Shown piece after piece: positions 1-27,696 of a DNA stretch of 64,000 nt (positions are counted from its first letter, which is position 1; each line of letters starts with the position of its first letter). Location of the stretch: positions 157,341 through 221,340 of the forward strand of contig CAVNZM010000016.1 of the NCBI GenBank assembly GCA_963693365.1. Reading direction: 5' to 3'. The position numbers were made by a program, and so were the translations under genes. The notes below the pieces were generated by a model. It worked only from the letters and a program-made list of their open reading frames with translations, had not been told where the DNA came from and did no database searches. This DNA comes from Amoebidium appalachense (Eukaryota > Protista > Ichthyosporea).

Positions 1-317
1 CATCAACCGGGAGGCATGAACACCCTGATACCCCCCTGCACACAGACGAAAAATAAGGCCAAGCCTTGTGTCCGTCAGCCACCATCCGGGGTCATGCCCG
101 AACCAGATCGGAACCCAATGGGTTTCGAATTGTACCTGGCTAATACACGACCCCCTCCTGTTAACCTCCTGCGGGAGGCCTACCTGCAGTCATCGCGTGA
201 AAGCGACACTCCACAACAGACTTTGTCTGGTGCAGAAGGTATCCCCCCCCCCCGCCCCCCCCCCGACTTTGTCTGGTGCAGAAGGTATCCCCCCCCCCCC
301 CCCCCGTTCCCCCGCGT

Positions 318-358
<41 letters not shown>

Positions 359-650
359 TCACGGTGAAACCGTCTCTCCATGCTGGTTTTGATTATGGAA
401 TAGTGTACATGAAGGAGCATTGCAAAAAATTTGAGGCTACCAGGGGTTCCATAAAACTCGTCCATAAGGTTTTAATTATGAGTTTGATCAAACATGTACA
501 CGTTTTTATTACATAAACCTTCTCACGATTTTCCCCCCTTGCAGGCCAGGTACACCCCCAGGGCGGCACCACTCCCTCCCCAAACACCGAGGAGTCCCCC
601 CGACCCCAACCCCCACAACATGAACTGTCCACACAAGCCAACAAAGGTAG

Positions 651-709
<59 letters not shown>

Positions 710-1330
710 ACGCACACGCACACGCACACGCACACACATCACAGAAAGAGAGACTCTGAGAGAGGGAGAGAGGGAGATAGGGACATAGGGAGACTAAAAC
801 TATTACATCGGATAAATTTTATTTTACATTTGGTGACCACTTTGTTTTTTGTATCAGTACATGAATCAAGGGTGTATACTCTGCTTTAAATCCGTCAGTG
901 CTTTATATCCCTCCTGAACCCATCATGACTGGTATGTCCTAGCACGTTTGGTATCCAAAAAAAAAAACCCCCCCTCTAAAAAAAAAAAAAAAAAAAAAAA
1001 AAACGAATATGCACACGTGCGATTAGATACATGATAAACAGGATGGAATTCAATGTGTCTCACAATCATTGCCTCCTCACAGGCTTAACCATCAACGATC
1101 AAGAAGACCGTCCACCCCCGGTAAATGCAACATCAGAATCCAGCCCAATTGGCCAAACCCCTCTGCCCCAACCTCCTGGCCTCGTGCCAGAGTCATATTC
1201 CGGTCTTCAAGATGACGTGCGACTACGATTCAGCACACGGCACGATGGATTATACGATGAGACAGATGAACCAACGGTGGCACTTGACAAGGGAAGTAAT
1301 GCACCGTAAATCCCAAATTTGACCACAAAT

Positions 1331-1922
1331 ATGGGAACGTCTTTCCACCTGCGGTATGTTCCTGATGACGGAAGCTGTTTCTATCATGCCGTGGCAGCCA
1401 TCTTTGCTGTGCCAATGCCGGTCATTCGGCGCCTCACCGCATCCCTTCTCACACAGGAGGATCTCGAATCCGAAAAGCTCGCATACACGCCGGATAATAG
1501 CACAAAGGCGCCTCCTGCCACGCTGGCTGAATGGCAAGACTGGGTTGGAAACCCCACACACAGACGATGGGCCACCCACGCGGAGATAGGTAAACTGCAG
1601 TCGTACCTGCTCAGCGAATTCGGCCTGGCGTTGGTCACGATATCCCCACGTCACACACCCGGGCACGATGCCGAACGCACAGTGCGTCCAGTATTCCAGG
1701 TCAACCGTACCCGACGGGAGAAAATGCCTGACGGAAGGGTCTCGGGAATTTGTTACATTGCCCTGATCAACGGTCACTATTGGCCTGTCGAAATGGTATC
1801 TAAGACCAGCAGCGACATGGCCTTCATTTTGGCTGTGGCGGATTGTCCTTTCGATATCCTGTACACCTTCCTCGCTCATACAACACCTGGGGTTTACCGC
1901 CTCTTCAAGCAACAACTCCACG
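1331..1922 (+). CDS. OTU-family cysteine protease / deubiquitinase-like domain
   Basis: Translation has LRYVPDDGSCFYHAVA (OTU Cys box, cf. VPGDGNCLF), WATHAEI (cf. WG...EI) and INGHYWPV (His box) at typical spacing; ends at donor CACG|GTGAGG. Confidence 0.75.
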
Positions 1923-2119
1923 GTGAGGGTTCCATTTGCATCTCATTGTCTGTTATTTGTTGGCCCTTTACCACGATGCACATGCTCGGTTTGCTATAAA
2001 ATGGCATTATACTACCGCATGCATACACCTGCACAAACGTAGAACATCACTTGGGTGTTCTGTTTTTTCCCTTTTGTTTTCTGTTTCTGTTTCTGTTTTT
2101 GTTTTTGTGGAACGAAAGA

Positions 2120-2199
2120 GGGGGGGTGGGGGTGGGGGTGGGGGTGGGGGTGGGGGTGGGGGTGGGGGTGGGGGTGGGGGTGGGGGTGGGGGTGGGGGT
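2120..2199. repeat. (GGGGGT)n microsatellite, continuing at 3386-3418 after the LTR insertion
   Basis: Directly visible; split by the LTR element. Confidence 0.95.
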
Positions 2200-3385
2200 T
2201 GTTGGAAGTAGAGTCCGCTGTGACTAGGGTCGTCGTGGCGCGCTTGGGCGCTGACCCGTTTTTTACTGCTTTCAGTGTGTTAACTCCATGACTGAACTCC
2301 ATGACTGAACTCCATGACTGAACTCCATGACTGAACTCCATGACTGAACTCCATGACTGAACTCCATGACTAAACTCCATGACTGAACTCCATGACTTAA
2401 CTCCATTTCTGCACCTGGCAGAGCCGTGGTTTATATACCCGTGGGGCAGCAGTCTGGAATGTAATCCGGATGCCAGGCGCTAATCGGATTGGTTACTTTC
2501 ATTTAGAGATCTCTGGGACCAGTGAACCAATCGTTTGCAGTCAAAACACAATTGGCAACATTCCTCAACTATGCAGATGTGCATGTGGTGATCGAGTGTC
2601 AGCGTGTGTCTGTGTACACGGAACCAATTGTAAAGCTAACATACACATATTGTGGAGTGAGCGTAAGTCTGCACTCCAACACCCCTACCCAATTGGAGAA
2701 GTGTACACACCACTAGAGAAGAGAGAGTGAGTGTGGCTGCTTGCAGGGTAGACCGGGGTGTGCATTCCACTGTGGTGCGTGCCCCGCCAATGAAGTGGAA
2801 TACTTGACGTTGATGTCGCAGGCTGCTGCGGATGGAGTTTGTGGAAGCGAAAGTCTCTAATGAAGTTAGAGGCCGCGGTGTCGTGTCTGGGCCCATAACC
2901 CTGTTGGAAGTAGAGTCCGCTGTGACTAGGCCCTCGTCGTGGCGCGCTTGGGCGCTGACCCGTTTTTTACTGCTTTCAGTGTGTTAACTCCATGACTGAA
3001 CTCCATGACTGAACTCCATGACTGAACTCCATGACTGAACTCCATGACTGAACTCCATGACTGAACTCCATGACTAAACTCCATGACTGAACTCCATGAC
3101 TTAACTCCATTTCTGCACCTGGCAGAGCCGTGGTTTATATACCCGTGGGGCAGCAGTCTGGAATGTAATCCGGATGCCAGGCGCTAATCGGATTGGTTAC
3201 TTTCATTTAGAGATCTCTGGGACCAGTGAACCAATCGTTTGCAGTCAAAACACAATTGGCAACATTCCTCAACTATGCAGATGTGCATGTGGTGATCGAG
3301 TGTCAGCGTGTGTCTGTGTACACGGAACCAATTGTAAAGCTAACATACACATATTGTGGAGTGAGCGTAAGTCTGCACTCCAACA
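2200..3385 (-). mobile_element. Non-autonomous Ty1/Copia-type LTR retroelement (TRIM-like) inside an intron of the OTU gene
   Basis: Near-identical direct repeats 2200-2681 and 2902-3385, each TGTTGGA...TCCAACA. 5-bp TSD GGGGT on both sides. Minus-strand PBS GGGTTATGGGCCCAG (2887-2901) and PPT GGGTAGGGG (2682-2690). The 220-bp internal region has no recognisable gag/pol. Confidence 0.92.
2282..2406. repeat. 13-bp tandem repeat (AACTCCATGACTG)x~9.5 in the LTR; second copy at ~2986-3110
   Basis: Directly visible in both LTRs. Confidence 0.95.
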
Positions 3386-3648
3386 GGGGTGGGGGTGGGG
3401 GTGGGGGTGGGGGTGGGGACGGACGGGCTGTTAAGTAAGCAGCATCGAGTTTCTTTCATCTAACCCCATTCCCTTCCCATCTCCAGATCCAAATCTGCCA
3501 CCACCTCCCAAGGCCACAGACGGCGGCACGATCAGCGACTCTGAGGCAGTTAAAGGTGAGCCTGTTATACAGAAATACGTAGAAGCTGTCACATCATATG
3601 TGAGTAGATTTACTCGTCTCAGGGTCTCGTATCATAACATTTTCAATT

Positions 3649-3690
<42 letters not shown>

Positions 3691-5331
3691 GGGCGTCTTT
3701 TGGGAGTTGAGCTAGGGAAAACTATGAACCATTCCCTTATTCCCCTCTAATACATGTAGATATAAAGACGTCTGCCCAAAGATATGACTGGCAATACACA
3801 AAGTGTGTATCCAATCCATAGGTATCGTATCATTGATGCGCTTTCTTTTGATAAGTTTGGTTGCCTGCCTCAAGTTATAACTACTTACCATCACCTTTGC
3901 CACAGTGAACCCCCAACCCCACGACAGCTTACCTGACACCCGGTCTCCTTCACCTGTGCCTGTCACCCAGTCTCCAACACCCATGGAGGAACACAAAGAA
4001 AATGGGGATGCCGGGGAAACGATGCACAATGTAGGTGAGCGCACTCAGTCACACACATGCATCATGCACACGCACACATGCACACATGCACACACACGGA
4101 GCTCACACCCCATATTAAACCAACCCTTGAACACATAAACATGCACCACATTCAACACACAAGAACAGAATCACACACGGAAGCTCGCACAAACATGCTC
4201 GTACACGCAAACGTTTTCGTGAATTAACACGATCTACCGACCTACTGGTACGCTCTTTTAAAACATAGCACCGAGTTTTAGGTTTTCACACGAAACACGG
4301 CTACAGCTGATATTTGTTTAGAGTAACTTATACACTTGGCCACTGCCAGGAAGGAGATCAAGGCCCCTGTGAACAATGCCTCGCTAAATCGTACAGTGAT
4401 ATCAACGTGGGGTCATTGGATAATGCTGAGCTGAAGTTCCAGTTAGCGAAGTCGCATTTGCGCACAGCATCCTTTTTTCCTGAAATGAGGCAGCTGTGGC
4501 AAGACCTGGACGAGGCAGAAGAGAAAATCGCTGCATCAGGTTACAATTTTTTTCGCCCTCGTGGGATGAACAGCCGGTGGGCCCTGTAGATTACAATTCA
4601 ATGGCAGCCCGTTGGTTTCCTTTTCACCGCCATAGCCCTACCGAACCGACGGCACCCTTATCTCCTGCTCGGGTGGTGACGTGGATGCAACGTATCGGAG
4701 AAAGCGAAGCTGCAAAACGCATTGATAGATTGTTAAATTCTTACAGATTGTATAACATACTTATATTCATTGAAAAGGCACCGAAGAAAACGGACACGGT
4801 CCCCCCCCCAGTGGTTCCTCCCCCTAAACGGTTCAGTGATATCGACATGGGCTCACTCAGCCCCGACGATATCAGTCTTGAGTACATGCGGGCAGCATTT
4901 CGTGGCTCAGATCGATACCCGGAGATAATGCAGCTTCTGCGAGATGTCGATGCGGCGGAAAGGGTTATGTCGTGGTCGGGTTATGTTTTCTCTTCTAAAT
5001 CACTTGATTATTTAGAGAACGAACTGAAATCTTCTGATCGAAAATCAAAGGCGTACCGATTTTACACCTATACCAAAAATTGGTCAAAAACACGCGACAC
5101 GGTGAAAAGGATGCTACGTGCTATCAACGAACCATGCATTGCCTTACGCCTTGACAACTTGTTGTCCACATACAGACTGTACAACTCAATTCGCCACATT
5201 GAAAAGCACGGGTCTTTATATCGCAGGACTGGAAGAATGCGACCGGAAGGTGAATGGTTTTTCGGATGGTGAAAAGGATATTCTAGGAATTTTTTTTGAC
5301 TTTTGTTGAAAATAAGTCTGCTAACAATCTA

Positions 5332-5415
<84 letters not shown>

Positions 5416-6777
5416 ACGCACACGCACACACCCACGCACACACGCACACACACAAACATAGGTCAAGAACATGGTGTCCGAGAACCTGATATCATTCAGG
5501 AAAGCACTCAACACCATGCAACCCACCGTGTAGACGCTGAGTATGATGCCGACAGCCCACCCCCACCTTTGCCGCTTAGTATGTTTTTCTAGCCGATTGC
5601 AAAGCGTTTACGCCCCAAATGACGACAACATCTGCAATGACCATGATGTTTGCTCGAATGACCATCACGTTATACCCTGTGGGTATATATAAATTTGTAT
5701 TCATTTGCATCAATATTTGTATTGAAACACATGTTCTAGAGAATTCACTCGTCGTTCAGTGAAAGTAAAGAATGAATGAATGATTGAATGAATAAACGGC
5801 TTCCTGTCCTTCAGCCACATTTTATCTTGACATATTTTTACATGCTCATGGAACGAACAAACGAACGAACGGGCTTGTGTTTTTTTTTTTTGTGTTATGT
5901 TGTGTTATGTTATGTTTTAGGGCTTTTGTCTCTACTAGCTCGAGTAGATGGTGGTTGGGATTGGGGTGGGGTTGGGTTGGTTCTCTTGACACCAATAAGT
6001 GTATCAGTTTTTCTGGTCCATAGCACGGGCATGTATGGTTGAGAATGCACAAAACTGGGTTTGCAATAGGCCGATTAACATATTCCGGAATATGTGTTTT
6101 TCTGCACGTTGGGGACTGCTCAGCTATGAGATCTTTACGTGACCCAAACCACAGCAAAACCACTTGTCCCATAATATCGTATTCCGGAATATGTTTGTAT
6201 CAATACTGTCTAACTTCTATAACGTCTTGCTCATGGACTTGCAGACACGTCTTATGGCTCCTGGAACATGCTTATTTTGATTCTAATATATATTCCGGAA
6301 TACGTGTTTCCCCGAAGACGTGTTTCACCACAAATCTGTGATGGGCACGTTTTTTGTTCGTTTTGTCTTCTTGGTGGACTCTCAGAATCCGAATTGGATA
6401 TGATATGAATAATTTGACACGAACGTGCAGGCCCCGTTCGGATGTTTTCATGTCAATATTTTGCTGTGTTTTTGTATCCGAACACCGCTCATGACGGGCC
6501 GTCCCCGTTGGTCGATATCTTTCCTGCCGGGTCCCCAGCTCAGCATTTACTATTCGTATGCTAATAAAATACCCCCGTTGTGGCACCACGTCACAAAATG
6601 TAAACTTTACAATTTCTCCCATTATCTGTTACAACATGAAAATGGACACAACAAGCTGAGGGCTGACATTGTTCCATTGACACTAACAGAGAGAAACAAA
6701 TAAAAGAGAATACAAAAGTTATCATTGTGATAAAACCAAAACCCACAAGACTATTCACTGAAGAGAGGTAGAGAACC

Positions 6778-7210
6778 TGACACGTGTGCAAGGCCATCGA
6801 GAAAACTCTACGTGACTCTATTCCGTCACACTTTGCAAGTGCAGGTACACGAACAATGTGTGCCAAAGTTTCAAACGCGAACATTCATCTGTATGGAATG
6901 TAATGATGCGCCTAGCGCCAATGGGAGAGCACCACTAAGAGATTCACGGCATCCCGCTTATTGGTTCCAGGGATGCGGATTGATACGGCGGGAAATACCT
7001 CGCCCAATACGCTCACGAACACCGTTTTATTACAAATTCGGCGCCGACCGTACGGCGCCTATTCGGCACTACCAGTCGCGTGAGCAAGCAGCATACAAAA
7101 TTATGAAATTCCTCAAAAAAGTCGTGGCTCATCTGCAATCGGTCGGGCCGATTTCGCGCACCTCGACTATAATAGAAAATAGTCGCCACTACACGGTACC
7201 AATCGTCTAA
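6778..7210 (+). pseudogene. Degenerate PHD-finger-like coding remnant
   Basis: Across frames: (TGA)HVCKAIEKTLRDSIP...LCK / VQVHEQCVPKFQTRTFICMEC, matching C4HC3 spacing with a stop and frameshifts. Confidence 0.4.
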
Positions 7211-7383
7211 CTGCTGGTTTTATAGTGTCTACAGGCCATGGCACTTGACTGGGTGTGTCCTAGAGCGTGTACATACATGTGTACACTGTCCAGGCTGTAC
7301 GTTTGGCTGCACGCGTAAGTATGCAATCATATCATATCGATGCATGTGAATCGGACCACCACAGTTGGGCCTACCATCCACGC

Positions 7384-7514
7384 AGGCCTGCATTTCGGGC
7401 CTGCGGTACTAGTAGGCCTCGAGTAGGCCCTCGCACTCCGCCACTGCAGCCGCCCGCTGTGCATCGCTCTCCGACCAACGACCTACTAGTACCGCAGGCC
7501 CGAAATGCAGGCCT
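7384..7514. repeat. Perfect 33-bp inverted repeat with 65-bp spacer
   Basis: AGGCCTGCATTTCGGGCCTGCGGTACTAGTAGG (7384-7416) and its exact reverse complement (7482-7514). Confidence 0.95.
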
Positions 7515-7519
7515 AATCC

Positions 7520-8480
7520 AACGCCAGCGCGTACGCTGGCAGTCAGACGCCCAGGCCGCGTTGGGCGCGGTGCGCAAAAAGGGCAGCAGCAGCCCCGCCA
7601 TTGCAGCGAGTGCTATGGCAGCTGCTGCAGTTGTGTTTGGAAAAGGGGCTCCCCTGGCCCCAAGAGCTGTCATACATTCCGGGCGAAGTGAACGACCGCG
7701 CAGATTGGTTGTCGCGGATTGATCCCGCCACGAGTGGCCGGTTACCCCTGCGGGGGTCGAGCATATCGAGCAGACACTCGGATTGCACACGCGGTGGATC
7801 GGTTTGCTACACCCGTGACAGGAGTCAAACCCTTTCACACATGGACCGCGGTGGTCCCCGTGAGCGGTGGGCAGGATGGGCTTGCCACCGAATGGCAGGC
7901 CCCCAGCTGGTGGGTGCCACCGTTTCCATTGATCAAGCGGACAGTGGCGAAGATTCAGCCGGCACGTGCGCAGGGACTATTAGTGGTGCCGGTGTGGGAC
8001 ACCGCCTTATGGTGGCCGGTGGTGCAAGGGATGGCACAGGCCCACACGGACCTAGCCCCCGAAGAAGTGGTGTTTCCGGTCGGTGGAGTCCGGTCTTGGC
8101 GAATGCGTGCCTTCCTATTGAACGGCAGCACCTTAACGATTGGATGAAAATCACTCGCCGCACCGCTCCAGGACCTGCCATCCAGCTTTGTGTATTATTT
8201 CTGTAAAATAAGAATGTTGTCGCAGATAGCAACAACATATCTTAATACTTCGCTTGATTCATCAAGCTCTATTTAGAGATGTATTTAGGCCAACTGATTG
8301 TTTGGAATAATAGTGTTCCAACAATCAGTGGCCACTAGGGAGCCGATCCTATGGTATATAGGCGGCGACTCGTTCTACTCGCCTTAGCTTTGTTTCCCCA
8401 TCGGCCCCTACTTAGCCCCACCCACCCGCCCGAGCTGTGTCGCATTTCCCCGTCTTTAGCTAGTCTCTTGCTGATTGGCT
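7520..8480 (+). mobile_element. DIRS-like (tyrosine-recombinase retrotransposon) remnant: RNase H plus N6-adenine methyltransferase-like domain, probable terminal repeat
   Basis: VRWQSDAQAALGAVRKKGSSSP / YIPGEVNDRADWLSR (RNase H), then HEWPVT..AVDRFAT..WWVPPFPLIKRTVAKI..GLLVVPVWDTALWWP (DIRS MT-like motif). At least 3 frameshifts. Downstream hairpin 8288-8333 and CCCACCCACCCGCCC motif. No RT or recombinase seen. Confidence 0.8.
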
Positions 8481-8529
8481 ACGGCACACACACACACACA
8501 GACACACACCCACACATGCACACATACAT

Positions 8530-8644
<115 letters not shown>

Positions 8645-9519
8645 TACACACACACGTACACAAACACACGCCCACGCATTGAGGGTAGTGGAGGGGGATC
8701 GATAGGGTAGAGGGGTTTTCTTCGTGCGGTGTGTTTATTTGGATTTTGTTCGTAGAGAGGCGGTGCATGCCATGGTATGTTGTGTACGTTTCTGATGATC
8801 GTGCCCGGGGAGCACTTGGCTGAGCCGAGCCAATAAGCAAATCGAAAGCAACAACATATCTAAATCGGTACGATCCGTAACCCGATCCGACCCACATTTC
8901 GGACGGGATAATACAATAGGCTATAGCTGATTAGGGCGTGTGACATGCAGTACAGCGTCTCTAATTTATACTTGTAATAACAGCAAGCTTGCCAACTAGT
9001 TTATACTCGCTCTTTTGTGTTTGTGTTTGTTTGGGTCCTCTCTCTTCACTTCTTTTATTTTTCGACAGTAAACAGCACAAGCCCATGTGTTAACCGTGGG
9101 AATGCAGAAGATCTATTCGGTTCTAACCATTTATGTTTATTAGATATGTAATTTGAAACAATGGGTGTCTTTTTAAAAACTTTTAATGCAGTAAAACCCT
9201 CAAAAGAAATCCGAAAATTGTCAAACGTGTAAACGCGTTTTGAGAATGAACCATTTCCATGATTGTTGTGTGTTCCACATACTTCCTGGTTGGACGGCAG
9301 CTATAAAAGCAGATCCTGTAAGCGGCTCATGAGTCAGAGCGGAAGCTTTTTGGGTTCAAAAACGGCGCACGTCTCAGCTGTGCGCACGTTCGCTTAGCTG
9401 ATTTATAGCTGCCTAAAAGAAAAACACTATGTTTTAGGCAAAAGAAGAGGCTGGGGGGCAAGTGGGTTTACTTGCAATTTGTTTGAATTATGGTGTAGTG
9501 TGGCTGGTGCAAGGCGAAG

Positions 9520-24837
<15,318 letters not shown>

Positions 24838-24995
24838 TGTTGTTAGTAGGCATCAGGCCGGCATCAAGGCCCGGTGTTGATTGGTTGAAAGTCATCAAGA
24901 TTAGTATTTTTGCTGGGCGAGGTTAGGGCCGACATGGAGAAAGGAGGATTTGATGGTTAGGTAATTGGCTGGATGGGTGTGGTGAGAGGGGGAGA

Positions 24996-25027
<32 letters not shown>

Positions 25028-25426
25028 CCCACAAGTTTGAACGAAAGTGTAGTGGTACGGTTGTGTGCTGTGTGACCGTTGAAAGTTAGTGATTGAACTG
25101 AACCGAATGATACAGATTCAATGGGGTTATTTTTTATTCCCGGTGTAATGAAGACTAGGTGTAGATAGGGATAGGAAGTGAATGTACATTTGGAGCCCTC
25201 TTCTTTCAACCAAGAAAGGAAACTTAGAAATTGAACCATATCACATGGCCGCTGTTCCCGATTTTAAAGTTGAATTCGGCACTTTGCCCTCGGTTTTTTT
25301 CACTTCTGACCAGACGTCAAAGAGGCCACCTTTTCACAATAAAAAAATCATGTGTGCAGGTGTTTGGCTGGATCATATGTGTCGACGCCCGTGTCTCTTG
25401 TGTGTGTGTGGGCCGGGGGAAGTTGG

Positions 25427-25472
<46 letters not shown>

Positions 25473-25698
25473 TAAGAACACATAAGAACACGACAGTCAT
25501 GTCCTCACCGATTCTAGAAGCAGTCTTTTGCCATGCACACGTGAAACCACACACACCGTCTGTATCAGTCGTGTGTTGTAGAAGTTACTACCACACATAG
25601 CTGAGGGACTCGTGGCTTGTGTGCATGACATTGTGTGCGTGTGTGTGCGTGCGCGCGCGTGCGTGTTCGTGTGTACATGTGCGTGTTGTGTATGCATG

Positions 25699-25779
<81 letters not shown>

Positions 25780-26630
25780 GGGAAGGTGGGGTAGGGGCGG
25801 GTGGGGTCGGGGGCAGACGGGAGAGATTGTGAAGATGTGACCAGGAAGCCACTCTCCACGAGCAGTAAGCCATGTTATCAGTGTTTTCAGCAACAGTGTT
25901 GGTGACCGCTAGCACGTGTTACAAGGCCATGTGATGTGCTTGGTTACTGATTGGCTACAGGGTTTTGGCCTGGATGCACAGCGACGGCCCGGCAGCATGC
26001 ATATGTTGGGCAGCGGCCAGCCAAAATATCGCAGAGTCTACTCGAAAAGCTACAGAGAAGCAGTTTTCATGTGATTGTGGGGCAGATTCAAGTTAAATAG
26101 AAATTTCAACGTCCTATATGTATAAAATGAGCCCGGGGGGGGGGGGGGGGGGGGGGTATAAATGCTGTGAAATCGCGACAGTACGCACATGCATACACTA
26201 CCTGTCACCTGTCTGCGAAGAAGATAATCCACGCACAAGAGCACAAATACAAAAAATTCACGGTAACCCCGGATAAAATTACAGCAGATAGGACCATACC
26301 CGATCCATCCCTTCCCCCCTTGTCGGATCTGCGTCAGAGTTCACCCTGGTTCAGGCTCCGATCCTCCTAACTTACTTGACTTCAACAGCATTGCACCCTA
26401 CAGTACCCGTTTCTATGAAAAACACTTTGAACCCCCCCCCCCCCCCCCCCCTCCCCCTACAAAAGAAATCGTTCCATTTTCACCAGACCCCACCTCCGGA
26501 TCCCCCCTCCCCCCTCCCCCCTCCCAATTTTAAAAGCAACAAACGCTTGCACACACACGCACACACGTTTATATATACACACACACACATACACACACGT
26601 GTACGTACACACAAACACACAAAAACAAAC

Positions 26631-26753
<123 letters not shown>

Positions 26754-27648
26754 CTGAGGGCACACACACCTTTAGCACTACCTTCACACACTATCCTTCT
26801 CTTAACCAGCCCCCATCCTCCCTCCCTTCCGTTCCTATGTACTCCCCTTCTGAGCTCAGCCCTTTCCTGTCCTCCCCCCCCCCCCCCCCCTTTCCCCCCC
26901 CTCCTAAACGTGCCTCCCCCCCCCCCCCCCCCCATTTCCCCCCCCCTCCCTCCCCCCCCCTCCAACACACACACACAGCCCACCCCTTGCAAGTACACCT
27001 CCGGCCTCCCCTCCCCCCCCCCCCCCCCCTCCCCCTCTCCCCCCCCCCCCCCCCCCCCCCTCCCCCCACCACCTGGTTCCCTTCCCCAAACACACAAAAA
27101 CACACAAGATCATGAGGAGAAGCACTCTAACGCCATGAGGACAAGCGCTTTAAAGCCTCGGAGTCCCACTACTGGCGTAAATTTTTCTTCTGCACGTACG
27201 CCCACTGTATGCCAGCCTGCCAGGTAAAAGAGTAAAAAGTGGCGTCGGGTGTTTCGTGTAACAATCATGATCACTACAAGAAAAAAGGCTTTTTTTTTGA
27301 ATTTATTTCAGGCTCTCTTTGTTTTCTCAAAAGAATACGGGAGGAGGGAGGGGGGGGAGGAGTCGGGGGGGGGGGGGGGGGGGGGGGGGGGGGAGGGAGG
27401 GGGGGGGGGGGAAGAGGGGGTGGGAAGAGGGGTGGGGGGGGGGGGGAGAATATGTTTGGATTTGTTTTTTTTTATGTGGTTGTTTGGAGTTTGAGTTGCG
27501 ATACAGAAAAGCAACTGAACAAGCCCTTTGGTCCCCAGACTGAGGCCTTGGGGACAACCCCCCCCCCCCCCCCCCCCCTCTTCCCCCCCCCCCCCCCTCC
27601 CCCCTCCTCTCTCCCTCCCCCCTCCCCCTCCCCCCCCCCCCCCCCCCC

Positions 27649-27696
<48 letters not shown>

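Larger units (their letters stand above)
1..5622 (+). pseudogene. Spliced gene (5' end outside window) encoding Pro/Ser-rich segments, an OTU-like cysteine protease domain and two copies of an unknown ~130-aa domain; carries disabling lesions
   Basis: GT-AG exons <1-238, 356-385, 545-646, 1083-1922, 3487-3555, 3906-4034, ~4307/4324-5249, 5462-5592/5622. All introns are phase 1 and exons 2-6 have lengths divisible by 3. In-frame TAA at 1307-1309, frameshift at the T-run ~4547-4553, TAG at 5590-5592 followed by PIAKRLRPK-TGA. Confidence 0.6.

Noticed and set aside
2120-2199. (GGGGGT)n as interstitial telomere or chromosome end
   Set aside because: Short, intronic, not a TTAGGG-type repeat; similar G-rich microsatellites occur throughout the window.
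2282-3110. 13-bp repeat arrays as CRISPR or iterons
   Set aside because: Contiguous tandem repeats inside LTRs, no spacers.
9301-9310. TATAAAAG as the ABCC promoter
   Set aside because: Plausible position ~220 bp before the proposed ATG, but a short motif alone cannot support the call.
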